DNA of 64,000 bases from positions 122,948,001 to 123,012,000 of the forward strand of contig NC_086097.1 of the NCBI RefSeq assembly GCF_963921235.1, in the 5' to 3' direction. The notes beneath the pieces are model-generated. The model was not told the DNA's origin. It saw only the letters and a program-made list of their open reading frames with translations, and made no database searches. This document shows, in pieces, positions 1 through 13,214 of the stretch. Position 1 is the stretch's first letter; each line of letters begins with the position of its first letter. Source of the DNA: Mobula hypostoma (Eukaryota). A program made the translations under genes and the position numbers.

Positions 1-179
1 ATCAAGATTAAAGGAACAAGATAACTTTAATCAGCATATACATTTACATGTAATAGGAATTTGCCACGGTGTGTTGGTCAGGATGCGACATTCAGCAAAA
101 AACAATGACATTCAACATTTATTAAGCATAAAGAATTGCATAAAAGTAAAGTTAAATGTTAAAGTACAGATTTGGGATA

Positions 180-491
180 GAATAGAATAGGCATCCATTA
201 GTCTCGTGAGACCATGGATTTGCACCTTGGAAGGTTTCCATGGTGCAGGCCTGGGCAAGTTTGTATGGAAGACCGGCGGTTGCCCATGCTGCAAGTCTCC
301 CCTCTCCATACCACCGATGTTGTCCAAGGGAAGGGCACTAGGGCCGATACAGCTTGGCACCGGTGTCGTCGCAGAGCAATGGGTGGTTAAGTGCCTTGCT
401 CAAGGACACAACACGCTGCCTCAGCTGAGGCTCGAACTAGCGACCTTCAGATCACTAGACTGACGCCTTAACCACTTGGCCACGCGCCTAC
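180..491 (-). mobile_element. tRNA-derived SINE with probable RTE-type 3' end
   Basis: Minus strand starts GGCGCGTGGCCAAGTGGTTAAGG (A box), has AGTTCGAGC (B box) and a core GTGTCCTTGAGCAAGGCACTTAAC, and ends in a (CTATT)n tail. Flanked by ACAGATTTGGRATA at 166-179 and 492-505 (13/14 TSD). Confidence 0.8.
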
Positions 492-679
492 ACAGATTTG
501 GAATAATACATGCATAAATGTACAACAAAAACCATATTTAACAATCATAAAGAATAAATAATTATATCTAAATAATAAAAAGCTAATGAACTCAGAGGTT
601 AAAGGATGGATATGGAATAAAATGCATAAATACACAAATAACAACATGCACACTCGTACATATAAGATGTCACTGATGC

Positions 680-830
680 CTAATTTGGTGTATTGGATGC
701 AGTTCTGGTTTCCCACCTACAGGAAAGATATGAATAAGATTGAATGAGTGTAGAGAAAATTTGCAAGAGTGCTTCTGGGACTTGAAGACCTGAGTTATAT
801 GGAAAGGTTGAATAGGTTAGGATTTTATTC
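680..830 (+). mobile_element. CR1 LINE ORF2 C-terminal fragment
   Basis: Encodes degenerate ...QFWFPTYRKD...LEDLSYMERLNRLG, the CR1 C-terminal motif. Confidence 0.7.
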
Positions 831-1439
831 AAAGTTCAAAGTACAAAGTACATTAATTATCAAAGTATATGTTCTGTATACAACCTTGAGATTCACCTCC
901 TTACAGGCAGCCAGAAATCAAAGAAACCCAATCAAAGAAATCAAAGGAACCCATTAATAAAGAAAACTATCAAACACTCAATGTGCAAAAAAAAACAAAT
1001 CGTACGAAGAATAAAAAGTAAGCAAATAATATTCAGAACTAAAGAACACAAAAGTGAGTCCACAGCCACGAGGCCAATCAACACTTCAGTCAGGTCAGGA
1101 GCCCATCAGACGCAGGCTGCAGCCTGATTTCAGCACAGAGATGAGTAATCCTTACTGTGCGGCAAGCTGAACGCTGGCCGATTCCTTGCCTCTAGCCCCG
1201 ACACCGTTACCTTTTCAGTCTCGCCCAGCACTTACATTGGCCGGACCTCAGCTTGTTCTTTGCTCTCAGGCATGGGCCCTGCTGCTTCGATACACTCTCG
1301 GGCCCAGCTCCTCCACCTTGATTCTGCCCGTACCTGACCTTTCTAATCTGGCCTGGCACTTAAATCAGTCAAACATTGGCCTGCTCCTCATGCTTAGGGC
1401 CAAGGCTTGGAATGAGGAGGTAGAAAAATGAGGGACAAC

Positions 1440-1960
1440 TAGAGGAAATAATGTCCTCTACACTCCAGAGATTCAACCTTTCCCTGTAACTCAAGTCCTC
1501 CAGTAACAACAACATCATTCTAAATTTTATCTGTACACACTCAATCTTATTGATCTTGAAGTTCTTCGGAAAATTTATTGATTACAGTCATTTGATTAAG
1601 TGTCACAAGAACAGAGAATGAACAACCAATAAGATGTTGTAGTAATCTCAATCTTAGAGCAGAAATAAACAGCATTCCAGTGATAGCAATTAACCTGTAA
1701 AATAGACAGATTTAAGTGGCATGACTCCTGCTGCAGAAAAACTGAGAAGCTTTGAGAAAATTGATATCATTGATATCTTTTCTGTAGGTAGGTGACCAGA
1801 ACTGCACATAGTACTCTAAATTAGGCTTCACCAATGTTCTAGCTTCAACATAACATCCCAGCTCCAATGTGCCTAAAGCTCTCTTTACAACCCTATTTAA
1901 CCATGATGCCACTTTCAAAGAATTATGGATCTGTATTCCCAGATCCCTTTGTTCTACCGC
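1440..1960 (-). mobile_element. CR1 LINE fragments
   Basis: ORF 1712..1918 (LVKPNLEYYVQFWSPTYRKDI) is CR1 ORF2 C-terminus. Confidence 0.7.
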
Positions 1961-2574
1961 TGGTTTTCCTGGCCGTCACTTCTTCCCATTTAGTTCGAAG
2001 GGTAAGTGCACTTGTGCCACATGTAGCCTGATGCAGACTCTGCATCTCTGCTTGCAGCTCTCTCAACTCTGGAGATCTCCGCTACTCTATTGGACTTTTG
2101 AAGTCCACCAAAGCAGTGCATTGGCCTTAGGGCAGAGATAACCACTGCTGGTAATTTCGCTTTCATTTAAGCCTACATGCCTTGAGTTTCCACATATTAA
2201 GGGCTTAAATGCTACAAATCCCAGTGGATTTGTTGGCTTTTAAGAGGAAAGTCTGGGCCATTATTTTAATTGAGGGCTAATCAACATTTACCACAAATAC
2301 AAACAAGAATACCTACAATATAACAGATTATTAATTCTGCATCTGGTGGATCCAACAGCTCTCTATAAGATTTACTAATTAGTCCTAAATACTGTTCTTG
2401 GCATATTTTCTTTACCAATTAAGTATTTGATTATTTTAGGGTTGCCATTTCCAATTGGATGCATTGCCAAAAGTTTCAGCCAAAAGAAATCCATCTCCAA
2501 TATCTCTTCATTACCCGATCAAGCAGCATCTTTGTCTCCAATTCTTTGAAATCTAATGAAGCAGAGACGGTTCA

Positions 2575-3335
2575 GGATCAGAATCAGAATCAGGTCTATT
2601 ATCACTGTTTTCAATGGCATGAAATTTGTTATCTTGCAGCAACAGCACAGGGTAAAGTCATAAATTACAAGTAAATAAACAGTGCCACAAGAAACGGAAT
2701 AATGATGTGGTGTGCATGGACTATGAAGAAATCTAACGGCAGAGGGAAAGACGCTCTATCTGAATTGCTAAATGTGTGCCTTCAGGGTGCTGTACCTCCA
2801 ACCCAATAGTAGTAATGAGAAGAGGGTATGTCCCGGATGGCGAGGGCGCTTAATGAGAGATACCGCCTGCTTGAGGCACCACCTCTTGAAGATGTCCTCA
2901 GTGGTGGGGACGGTTCTGGCAATGATGGAACTACAAGTTTCTGCAGCCTCTTGCAATTCTGTGCATTGGATCCTCCAGGCTAGACTGTGATGCCACCAGA
3001 TAGACGGCTCTCCATAGGACATCCGTAAAAATTTGCAAGAGTTATGGGTGAATGCCATAGCTCCTCAAATTCCTTATGGCATAGAGATAATGGGTGCCTT
3101 TTTTATGAGTACATCAGTATGATGGCTCTTGGACAGATCCTCCAAAATGCTAACACCCAGGAACTTGAAGCTGCTCACTCCTTCTGCCACTGACCTCTCA
3201 CTAAGGACTGATGCAAGTTCTCCCAATTTCCACTTCCTGAAGTTCATATCAATTCTTTGGTCTTGCTGATGTTGAGTGTGAGATTATTGGTGCGACACCA
3301 CACGGCTAGTTGATCTACCTCATTCCTGTACCCTC
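2575..3335 (-). mobile_element. Rex1/Babar LINE 3' fragment
   Basis: Minus-strand ORF has HPGHTLFSLL...GWRY; (GATTCT)n-type tail appears as AATCAG repeats near 2575-2592. Confidence 0.7.
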
Positions 3336-3356
3336 TTCCAGAGAATCCTACTTTTG

Positions 3357-3600
3357 GGCAGCACAGTAGTGTAGCGGTTAACGTAACTCAATTACAATGC
3401 CAGTGACCTGAGTTCAATTCCCGCTGCTGGCTGTAAGGAGTTTCTACGTTCTCCCCATGAGCACATAGGTTTCCTCTGGGTGCTCTGGTTTCCTCCCACA
3501 TTCCAAAGATGTACAGTTCTGTCACAGGGGTGTAACTGGGTGGTGCAGGCTCATTGGGCTGGGAGGACCTGTTACCATGCTGTAGGTCTCTAAATCTATC
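3357..3600 (+). mobile_element. tRNA-derived V-domain SINE (HE1-like); further copies at ~9318-9620, 11000-11255, 30495-30620, 46725-47010, 52075-52240, 52700-52890(-), 56230-56485(-)
   Basis: tRNA-like head (GTAGCGGTTA...GAGTTCAATTCC) followed by GGAGTTT..CGTTCTCCCC..GGTTTCCTC.GGGTGCTCTGGTTTCCTCCCACATTCCAAAGA, the V-SINE core. Confidence 0.75.
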
Positions 3601-3851
3601 TTGTCACAATGAAGAAAACTGAGGCTACACCATTTTTATTTTGATTCCTCATAGCGTCTTTCTCATGAATTACAGGAAAATCTGAATAAACACACAGAGC
3701 GATTTTTTTTATCCATCAGTCTGAGGAGTATTGGCAAGATCAGTGCTTATTGCCACTCATTGTTACTCTGAATGTAGTTGGATGCCTCTTGTTGATTTAA
3801 TCCAGCCACTGATAAGGACAGAGAGTGGCAACTTGGAATTGCAGTCACAGG

Positions 3852-4465
3852 CACTCAATGGCTACTTTAATACCTGCTGTACCTAATAAAGTGGCCACAG
3901 GGTGTACATTCATGGTCTTCCACTGCTGTAGACTATCCAACATATTGTGCAATCAAAATGCCCACCACTGTTGTAGCGCATGGTTATTTGAGTTACTGTT
4001 GCCTTCCTGTCAGCTTGAACTATTGCAGCCATTCTCCTCTGACCTCTCTCATTAACAAGGTATTTTTGCCCACAGAATGGCTGCTCACTTGATTTTTTTT
4101 GCACAATCCCCTGTAACTCGAGGCAGGAATTTCTAAACTGGGGTCCACAGATCCCTCAGTTAATAGTAAGGATCCATGGCATAAAATTGATTGGGAACCC
4201 CTGTTATAGGAATTGTTCTGCATGAAAATCCCAGAAGATCAACAGTTTCTGAGATACTCAAACCACTCCATCCAGCACCTACAATCATTCCACAGTCAAA
4301 ATCATTTAGATCACATTTCTTCCCCACCCTGATGTTTGGTCTGAACAATAACTGAACCTCTTGACCATGTCTGCATGCTTTTATGCAGTAGGTTGCTGCC
4401 ACATGATTGGCTGATTAGATGTTTGCATTAACACGCAGATAAGCAGGTGTACCTAATAAAGACAT
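3852..4465 (-). mobile_element. Non-autonomous Tc1 deletion derivative (N-terminal transposase only)
   Basis: GKKCDLNDFDCGMIVGA...LSISETVDLLGFS paired-like HTH start; TIR motif CACTCAGTGGCCACTTTATTAGGTAC at the ends. Confidence 0.8.
4124..4203. mobile_element. hAT/Charlie-type MITE nested in the Tc1 derivative
   Basis: 80-bp copy of the element at 8986-9066, ending GGGAACCCCTG. Confidence 0.7.
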
Positions 4466-4577
4466 TGGTATGACATTCCCATTGCTCATCAATAACCAAA
4501 CGCTGGATTGTTCCACGTGGCAACCGGGGAAACTAACAACAGAAATTAACAATATCACATAAAGAATGGTTTGAAGA

Positions 4578-5097
4578 GCAACACACACAAACTGCTGGAG
4601 GAACTCAGCAGTCTCTATAGAGAGGAATAAACAATCAATGTTTCCAATCAATTCATCAGGACTGGAAAGGAATGCGGAAGAAGGCAGAATAGGAAGGTGG
4701 GGAGAGGCGTAGGAGTACAAGATAGCAGGTGATAGGTAAATCCAGGTGAGGGGAAAGGTAGGTGGGTGGGGGAAGGGCGATGAAATGAGTAGCTGGAAGG
4801 TAATAGATGGAGAGGTCAAAAGAGGAATCTGATAAGTGAGAAGAGTGGGCCATGCGAGAAAGGGAAGGAGAAGGTGCACTAGTGGAAGGTGATAAGAGGG
4901 AGATAGAGTTTGGAGAAGAGAAGGGGGTAAGAGGAGAGCCAGAACGTGGAATTGAAAAGGAGAGAAGGGGGAGAGGGGAGAAATACTAGAAGATGAAGAA
5001 ATCGGCGTTCATGCCATCAGGTTGGAGGTTAGCAAGCTGGAATATCAGGTGTTACTCGTCCAGCCTGAGAGTGGCCCCTTCGTGGCAGTAGAGGAAG
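4578..5097 (-). mobile_element. Penelope-like element 3' end (GIY-YIG C-terminus, UTR, degenerate hammerhead)
   Basis: Colinear with the 3' part of the 34045-34540 arm; TCATCAGGACT hammerhead remnant near 4653-4663. Confidence 0.75.
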
Positions 5098-6328
5098 TAT
5101 GGTATTAATGATTTTGTCTGCGTGGCAAGGGTTTTGTTTGACACAGTGTAGGAAGTATCAGAAGGAGATCAACCTGGAAAAGTGTGACGGAGGGAAGGGT
5201 TAGATTGAACTTATAGTGGGTTGAAAGGTCGACACAACATCATGGGCCAAGGACCTTACTGTGCTGAAATGTTCTACATTCTGTGATACCAGCTAAGCCC
5301 AATCATTTGAGTACCCCGACCAAACTCAAAAGAAAATGGAAGATGCGGCAAGGGTCATTAAGGATACAGGAGGGGAGATCGTTTGCAGAGCTTACACATA
5401 GAACAAAAATAGGCTGAGATTGAGGCCAAAAGGGAAGAAGAATGGAAAAGATAGGGAGTGGAAATCACTTTCAGAAAAGAGATTAACATAAATGAAGGGC
5501 AACGTGAAAGAAGTCAGTTAACCGAATTATTATCAGCCGCAAAAGGTGGAAGCATGCTGACATTGCAAGCATGGATTAATCCTCATTTATTGTACAGAAG
5601 AAATAAGGAGAGCCTGAAATTACAAAGAATAAGTTATTATGGGAACAAGTATTGATTACTTAGGTGCTTAAAAGTTAAGAAACAACGGGATAAGTTGCTT
5701 CAAGTATATTACTTTCAAAACCATTTCACTTTGAGCTGTTTCCTCATCTAACCACTTTCATATTTCTTCAAACAAAATAAAACAGCACATTACCATTTTC
5801 CTTTGACAGATCAATAATTATAAAATCATTTAATATTAATCCATGATAAGTATTTAATGTACTGATTATAACATAAAAGATTGGGTCATTGCAAATTCAA
5901 CTACAATGCAAATTATAATTTTAATCACAGGTATATTTAAGTATTGAAAAGTATACGATCAGAAGCTTCTCTAAATATTAAAAGATAATATGAATTTACT
6001 GGCATGAAGCCATTGGGATTAATTATCTAATTGCTCATAGAAGCCTGAGATTGAAAAGCAACATTCTGCAGATGCTGAAAATCTGAAATAAGTTCAGAAA
6101 ATGCTGGACATACTCAACGGATCAAGAAGCATCCGTGGAAAGAGAGACATGGCGAGTATTCCAGGCTGGTGGAAGTGGATTATGGTGAGGAAACATGAAG
6201 GTTGTAAGATGATGGATGATGAAGCAAACATCAGTTCCATTCCCTATGTTATGATCTTAATGAATTCTGAGGCCAACAACTTCCATATGGACCATTATCT
6301 TGAACATCCTAGCTCTTAATCGGAAATA

Positions 6329-7040
6329 CACTGAGTAACCACTTTATTAGGTATACCTGTTCACCTGATCATTAATGAGAATATATCTAATCAGCCAAAC
6401 ATGTAGCAGCAACTCAAAGTAGAAAAGCATGCAGACATGGTCAAGAGGTGCAGTTATTCAAACCAATGGGGAAAGAAATGTGATCTAAGTGACTTTGATT
6501 GTGGAATGTTTGTTGTTGCCGGACAGAGTGATTTTTGTATCTCAGAAACTGTTGATCTCCTGGGTTGTTCACACACAACTGTCTTTAGAGTTTATAGAAA
6601 ATGGTATGAAAAACAAAAAGCATGCAGTGAAAACATCTTATTATTGAGAGAGGTCAGAGGAGAATTTCCAGACTGGTTCAAGTTGATACAAAGCAATAGT
6701 TTTTCAAGTAATCGTGCATTTAATTTGCTTCAATATTGTGCATAATTTGTGTTTTTTTTTACCTTTCTCTTGGGCTTTTATTTTTATGTTTATCCGTTTT
6801 TTCTTTAACTGGTTTCTTTTGGGTTTCTCATTTTATGGCTACCTGTGAGCAAACAAATTTCAAGGTCGTATAATTTGTATATTCTTTGATAATAAATGTG
6901 CTTGAACCTTGAATCATTACAACAGTGGTGTGCAAAAGTATCTCTGAATATACCTTGAAGTGGATGGGCTACAGCAGCAGAAGACCATGAAAGTACATTC
7001 AATAGGCAAAGGAAGTACCTAATAAAGTGGCGACTCACTG
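6329..7040 (+). mobile_element. Non-autonomous Tc1 deletion derivative, interrupted by a LINE-tail insert (~6712-6912)
   Basis: TA-CACTGAGTAACCACTTTATTAGG start; GKKCDLSDFDCGMFVVAG...RVYRKWYEK; ends CCTAATAAAGTGGCGACTCACTG-TA. Confidence 0.8.
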
Positions 7041-8595
7041 TATGTTTTACAATTCCGCTTTTGCATGTAGCAGGAGCTCTGCAAATAAATTCTTCACTGA
7101 CTCAATTGCCCTTCTTCGAAGACCTTGATGAAGATGCATATTTAAACTAAAGACCATCTTATCTCCTCCCACTAAAGTTTTCTTTATAGTTATTGTGACT
7201 CTATTCAAATCAGTCATTCCACTGGGTAAATAATGGCTCATCCAGATGCTTTTTCAGTCACTTATTGAATATCCAAGGTTCTGTTTCCTCTCCCCATCTG
7301 TTCTTTCTCACTTATCAGTGACCTTCCTACACAGCATCCAGGTCTATTGCTGATGAGTCACCCTTCCATGCATCAAATTTATTTTAAATGACATGCAAAT
7401 CTCCTTCAAATACAGTACACTTGGACATAGGTACTGACAGGACTATTCAGATAGCGCAGTTTAATTATAGTACGGTGGGACTGTACCTTAACTCCAGTTA
7501 TCAGAATCAGAATCAGGTTTATTATCACTGACATATGACAACAAATTTGTTGTTTTGTAGCAGCTGTAGAGCACAATTTATCGAAAATTACTTTAAGTTA
7601 CGAAAACTAAATACATAGTGTAAAAGCAGAATAGTGAGGTAGTGTTCATCGGGAGGAATTATTTTACAACATTTAGTGTGCATCTTCAGGCTTCTCTCAA
7701 AGCCTGTTAACTTTCAACACTCACCATTCACTTTCAAGGACTTTTCATCTCAAGTTCTCAATTTTTATTGCCTATTTGTTTATTTATTTTTCTTTTATAT
7801 TTATACCATTTGTTGTCTTTTGCACATTGATTGTTTGTCCTTTTTGTTGAGTGTGATCTTTCATAGATTCCATTATGTTTCTTGGATTTCTGAGTATGCC
7901 CACAATAAAAAAAATAAATCTCAGGGTTGTATCTGGTGACATATATGTACTTTGGTAATAAATTTACTTTGGACTTTGAAATCATGATTGGTTTGGGAAT
8001 ACAAGAAGAAGAGAGACTGCTCTCATTTGCCATTGATTCAAGAACCAGGGAGCACAGACATTTAGGCAGAAAGTACCTTGGAGACTTGGTAATTAATCTG
8101 ATCTGGAACTTGCTATCTGCTGAGATGCTGGACAAAAAAAATCAGTGAGTGCCTTCAAAGCACAATTGGGGAAGCACATGAGAGAGAGTAATATGGAAGG
8201 CCATGAGGAAAGTATTAGGGGCAGGAGGAGGGATTAGGATTGATAGGGTTATTCTACTGAGACCCAATATAAACCTGATGGTCTGAATGTTCCTACCATC
8301 TTGGGCCCAACATATAGATGCAATTACGAAGGAGGGATACCAGTGGCTATACTTCTAAAGAAGTTTGAGGATAGTTGGTTCGTCACCAAAGACTCTAGCA
8401 AAATTCTACAGAGGTACCGTGGAGGTACAGGCAGTGCTTGGAGTGATATGGGTCAAATGCAGGAAATTAGCACTAGGTTGGTGGGTGCATTGGTCTGCAT
8501 AGATTGGTTGGGCTGTGCTGTATTGCTCTATGACTCTATGACTCCGTAACAAAGTTCCAGAGAAATGCAAAGTGAACATTTGTCTAGTTTTGGAT

Positions 8596-8910
8596 AGTAG
8601 TTCTCGTCGTGGCTATCCCTCGAGGTCGAGAATGATGGTCTTCGTTCTGTCAATCTACTTATGGGCTCTCAAGTGGCTTATGAGTCTAATCTTAGCTTGG
8701 AAAGTTCTTCCGCATTCAGGACAGGTAGTTCCAGATGGCAGATCAGGCTTTGGTTGTTGCTGCCTCTCTTTCCATTTTCTTCTCTTTCCTTCTAATTCTG
8801 CACATCTGTTGGCTTCGAAAGTTGCTGTTCCTTCTCGGATGATAGCTTGCCAGAGTTTCCTGTCCTTGGCATTGGTTTCCTAATTGTTGATGTCACAGTA
8901 GTTCTACCAG
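8596..8910 (-). mobile_element. RTE-clade LINE 3' end
   Basis: Minus strand encodes CPECGRTFQAKIRLISHLRAHK* (terminal C2H2 motif of RTE ORFs), followed by a short 3'UTR. Confidence 0.7.
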
Positions 8911-8985
8911 TGCAGTGAATTCCCACTCCAGCTCTTCAGTGGTAGTCCCCAGCTGTGCTGATAAACATAACTAAATGATCTATAC

Positions 8986-9066
8986 CAAGGGTTCCAAACC
9001 TGGGGTCCACAGATCTCTTGCTTAATGGTATTGGTCCATGGCATAACTAAAGGTTGGGAACCCTTG
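8986..9066. mobile_element. hAT/Charlie-type MITE
   Basis: TIRs CAAGGGTTCC...GGAACCCTTG; perfect 8-bp TSD ATCTATAC (8978-8985 and 9067-9074). Confidence 0.85.
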
Positions 9067-9999
9067 ATCTATACCCTTTAGACAAAGGTCACTACTTTTG
9101 CGGTAGAATGGTTGAACTGGTCATGTTTGTAGTTGTAATGGTGTCTGGGGTGATACAGATCTGAAGTGCAGGCAAACTACAAATGGGTATTGTTTCTCTC
9201 AACTCTGTCAATATTTATCCAAGACACAAAACTCATTCATATTGAGGCCTTCAATCTGTTCAGCAGGATGTCATCTACAAACTTTTACCTTCAAACATTT
9301 GGAATGACTACCCAAATGTGGCATGGTGGCATAGCAGTTAGCTTAATGCTTTATAGTGCCAATGACTCAGGGTTAAGTTCTGCCGCTATTGGTAAGGAGT
9401 TTGTTTGTTCTTCCCATGACCAAGTGGGTTTCCTCCAGATGCTCTTGTTTCCTCCCTCATTCCAAAGACATACAGGTCAGTAAGGGTTAGTAAGTTGTGG
9501 GCGTGCTATGCTGCCACCAGAAGCATAGTGATACTGTGTTGGTCATTGACACAAATGACACATTTATTTCACTGTATGTTTCAATGTACATGTGGCAAAT
9601 GAAGCTAAACTTTAAATTTTTCAAACTCCAATGCCTCTATTTGAAATCACTAAGTTAACAATTAAAACCTGTTGTTTTAGAATATCTGTTAAACTTCCTT
9701 GAGGCAACTGTCTAGGTCTGTCCATCTTTTCAAGCTGATTTCCTTGCCTTGGTTTAATAATGCTTCTGGCTAAGTCACCTAAGCAATCTCACTTTTGTGA
9801 TATTGAAAAATTATCCTTTCTAAGTTGGCATGAAAAAATTGAATTGCCACTAACTGTGTGTGATGATTCATGCAATAATCCAGACAGACTATCATTTAGA
9901 GCAGAAAACACTTGCTTAACCAATTTCCACACTGGTGAAAGAAGGTTCGCCTATTGTCGCTAGCTTCCCTGTGCATTTGGCAATAGCCATGGAAGAACA

Positions 10000-10430
10000 T
10001 TATAAGGATGTTGCCAGGACTTGAGGGACCTGAGTTATAGGGAAAAGTTGAATTGGTTGGGATATTACTTACTGAAGCATAGGAGAATGAGCGGAGATTT
10101 AATAGAGGTTTGCAAAATTATGAGGAGCATATATAGGGTAAATGCAAAATGGCTTTATCCACTGAGGCTGGGCGAGACTGGAACGAGAGGTCATGGGTTA
10201 AGGGTGAAAGCTGAAATGAGGGGGGACTTCTATACTCAAAGGGTGGTGCAAGTGTGCAACGAGCTGCCAGTGGAAGTGGTAGATGTGAGTCCAATTTAAA
10301 TATTTCAGAGAAGTTTGGATAAGTACATGGATGGGAGGGTTATGGAAGGTGCAGGTCAATGGGAACAGGCAGAATATATTCAGCATGAACTAGAAGGGTC
10401 AAAGGGCCTGTTTCTGAGTGATAGTGCTCT
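10000..10430 (+). mobile_element. CR1 LINE 3' fragment (similar fragments at ~11810-12210, 18180-18570, 19230-19420, 46140-46500, 56000-56210, 57130-58050, 59020-59400 on +; ~31500-31930, 45400-45800, 53465-53865 on -)
   Basis: LSYREKL...GDLIEV.KI...TRGH...FYTQRVV C-terminal CR1 motif plus CR1-type 3' end. Confidence 0.75.
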
Positions 10431-12679
10431 ATGAATCAACGGCTCTGGGTACTCGTCATCGCACCAGACCACACAGTGTATCGATCCAAAAACCTTCTTT
10501 AGAATGACTACAGGTGAATGAAAAAGCTGCTTTTCAGAATAGCGTCTGTTATCATTTTTTTCTCTTTGAAGGTTCTTAAAACCTCTTTTCATTGATTTGG
10601 ACAGAAATACAATCACTTCTGCAGTTCAAATGGTGCATTTCACTGTATGCTTTGCTATACATATGGCAAATATATTAATGTGAATCAATAGATTTGAATC
10701 GGGAATTGATGGTCCTTCTGTTCCTTCACCATACCACTTAGTGTATTGTGCTTGATTATTTTCTGAGCAAAGTCAAAATCAAAGTCAAATTTATTATCAA
10801 ACTATGCATATTGTATCATATGCCACCCTGAAGGCATTTTAAAGGAAAATATAGAAATTCAATAGAAGTTATGAAAAACTACATAAATGAAGACCGAGAA
10901 ACAACCATTGTGCAAAAGAAGACAAATGATGCAAATAAAAAACATCATAAGATATGGAATAGTAGGTTACCCTGATTGTTTCAGATAATGCATGCTATAA
11001 GGGTGACATAGTAACATAGCAGTCAGCATAACATTATTACAGTGTCAATGACCCAGGTTCATTTCCCACTGCTACCTGTAAGGAGTCTGTACTTTCTCCC
11101 CCGTTAGCACACGAGTTTCCTCCAGTGTTCGGGTGTCCTCCCACATTCCAAAGATTTATAGATTAGTAGGTTAATTGGTCACATAGGTGTAATTGGGCAG
11201 CCTGTCACCATTGGGCCAAAAGGGCCACTTTACCATTCTGTAAGTCTCTAAATCTAACTCTTCAAAACTTCTTTGGACCAAAAAGAAACATTCAAGTTCA
11301 GGAGAGCTGCTTTCCCATTGAAGAATTTTGCCCTGTAAGTTTGGACATTCAAATGCATAAAGGTGTAAATAATCTACAAGAAAAAAACTTCAATTACACT
11401 GAGTGAATGAGTGAAGTAAATGTAACAGAGATATGACAGTAGATTTTTGTTTTATTTGAACTCAAAGATGCTACTTGCAAGGACAGCAGTTATTACTCAT
11501 CCAGCATTCACCTTTGAACCCTGTTCTTCTCTCAGTCATTCCAAGGTCAGCTAAAAGTCAACCATCTTGAACTCTGCTCTTGGCTAGACTGGTGAAAAAA
11601 GGCAGATATTGATCCTGGATAGAAGTTAGTTATGTTCATTACTGGCAGTAGCTTTCTTACTTCCCGGTTGATTTGGGTTTTCCAGCTGAAAAGTGGGATC
11701 TGAACTTGAATCTCTCTCCCCTTAATGGATGGCCTGTAGTTTGTTTCTTAATGCTCTCTAAATATAAGAGATTTACTTAAATAAATACATCACATGTTGT
11801 TGATTAGAATGGGTGGAGGGACCTCATTGAAATCTATCAAATATTGAAAGGCCTAGATGGAGTGGATGTGGAGAAGATATTTCTATAGTGGGGGAGTCTA
11901 GGACCAGAGGGCACAGCCTCAGAATAGAAAGACATCCCTTTAGAACAGGGATAAGGAGAATTTTCTTTCAACAGAGGGTGGTGAATCTGTGGAATTCATT
12001 GCCCTAGGTGGAGGCCAAGTTACTGGGTATATATAAGGTGAATTTTGATAGGTTCTCAATTAACAAGGGTGTCAAATTTTGTGGGGAGAAGGCAAATTTT
12101 GTGGGAAGAAGGAAGAAGAAGAAGAGGGATAATAAATTGGGAGGATGGAATGGTGGACAGACTCAATATCAAATGGCCTAATTCTGCTCCTATGTCTTAT
12201 GGTCTTATGTTTTCTGTGAGTTGATAAATTAACAGTAAAAAATGTCATTAATTTATGTTTTTTCATTTGCAAATGTTGTCTGAACTCTGCTTTCACTCAA
12301 GATATCTCTACCTCTATTGGGAGAATACATCAATTCTTTTGTTAAGATTCAGGTCAGTCCATTTGCACCATATCTGAATCAGAATTTGTTTTTATTTTTT
12401 TAATAATTCACTTTAAGTCAAAATCGTGCTCCAAGTTGACTTTTCAGAATGTTTGTACGTTCGTGAACAATAAATCATTTGAATTTCCTATCCACCTATA
12501 CAAGTTCATGTAGTGAATAATAAAGGAAAAGTTTGCAGTGTGCAGTAGATCAATCAGCACCTGTAAAGATAAAAAGGAGGTTCTGGCTTTTTTGATTGGC
12601 ATCATCCATCAAAGATATGATGAAGGACACACAGTGTATAAATAGCGTATCTCTTCACAGCTGTCACCTTTTGATGCAT

Positions 12680-13205
12680 GTTCCATTTTATTTTCAATTG
12701 CACTGAAAAGTCTGCTAAAAAGTCATGGATACAGTCCAGTCCATCACAGGCAAAGGTCTCCCCACCACTGTACATCCATGTACAAGGAACAGAGTCACAA
12801 GAAAGCAGCATCCGTCATCAAGGACAGCCACCCTCCAGGCCATGCTCTCCACTCACTCCCACCATCAGGAAAGGGATACAGGAGCCTTGGGTCCCACGCC
12901 ACTGGTTCAGGAACAGTCATTACCCTGCAACAATCAGGCTCCTGAAACAGCCACAACTCTGAACTGATTCCATAACCTACCGGCCCACTTGCAAGAACAC
13001 AACAAGCCATGTTCTCAGTATTATCATTTATTTCATATTAATTTGCATTTGCAGTTTGTCTTCTTCGTCTCTCTTCATGGGTCATTTTTTCATTGGCTCG
13101 ATAGCACTGTGAATGACTGTGAGAAATTGAAACTCTAGGTAGTATATGGTTACATGGACAGTATGTACTTTGATGGTGTATTTACTGTGAACTTTTGCAC
13201 TTTGA
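12680..13205 (+). mobile_element. Rex1/Babar LINE 3' end
   Basis: QSITGKGLP...HP.H...FRNS.YPATIRLL motif, then T-rich UTR. Confidence 0.7.
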
Positions 13206-13214
13206 GCTTTAAAA

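Noticed and set aside
415..488. tRNA gene
   Set aside because: A/B boxes continue into a SINE body and tail with a TSD; no closed acceptor stem.
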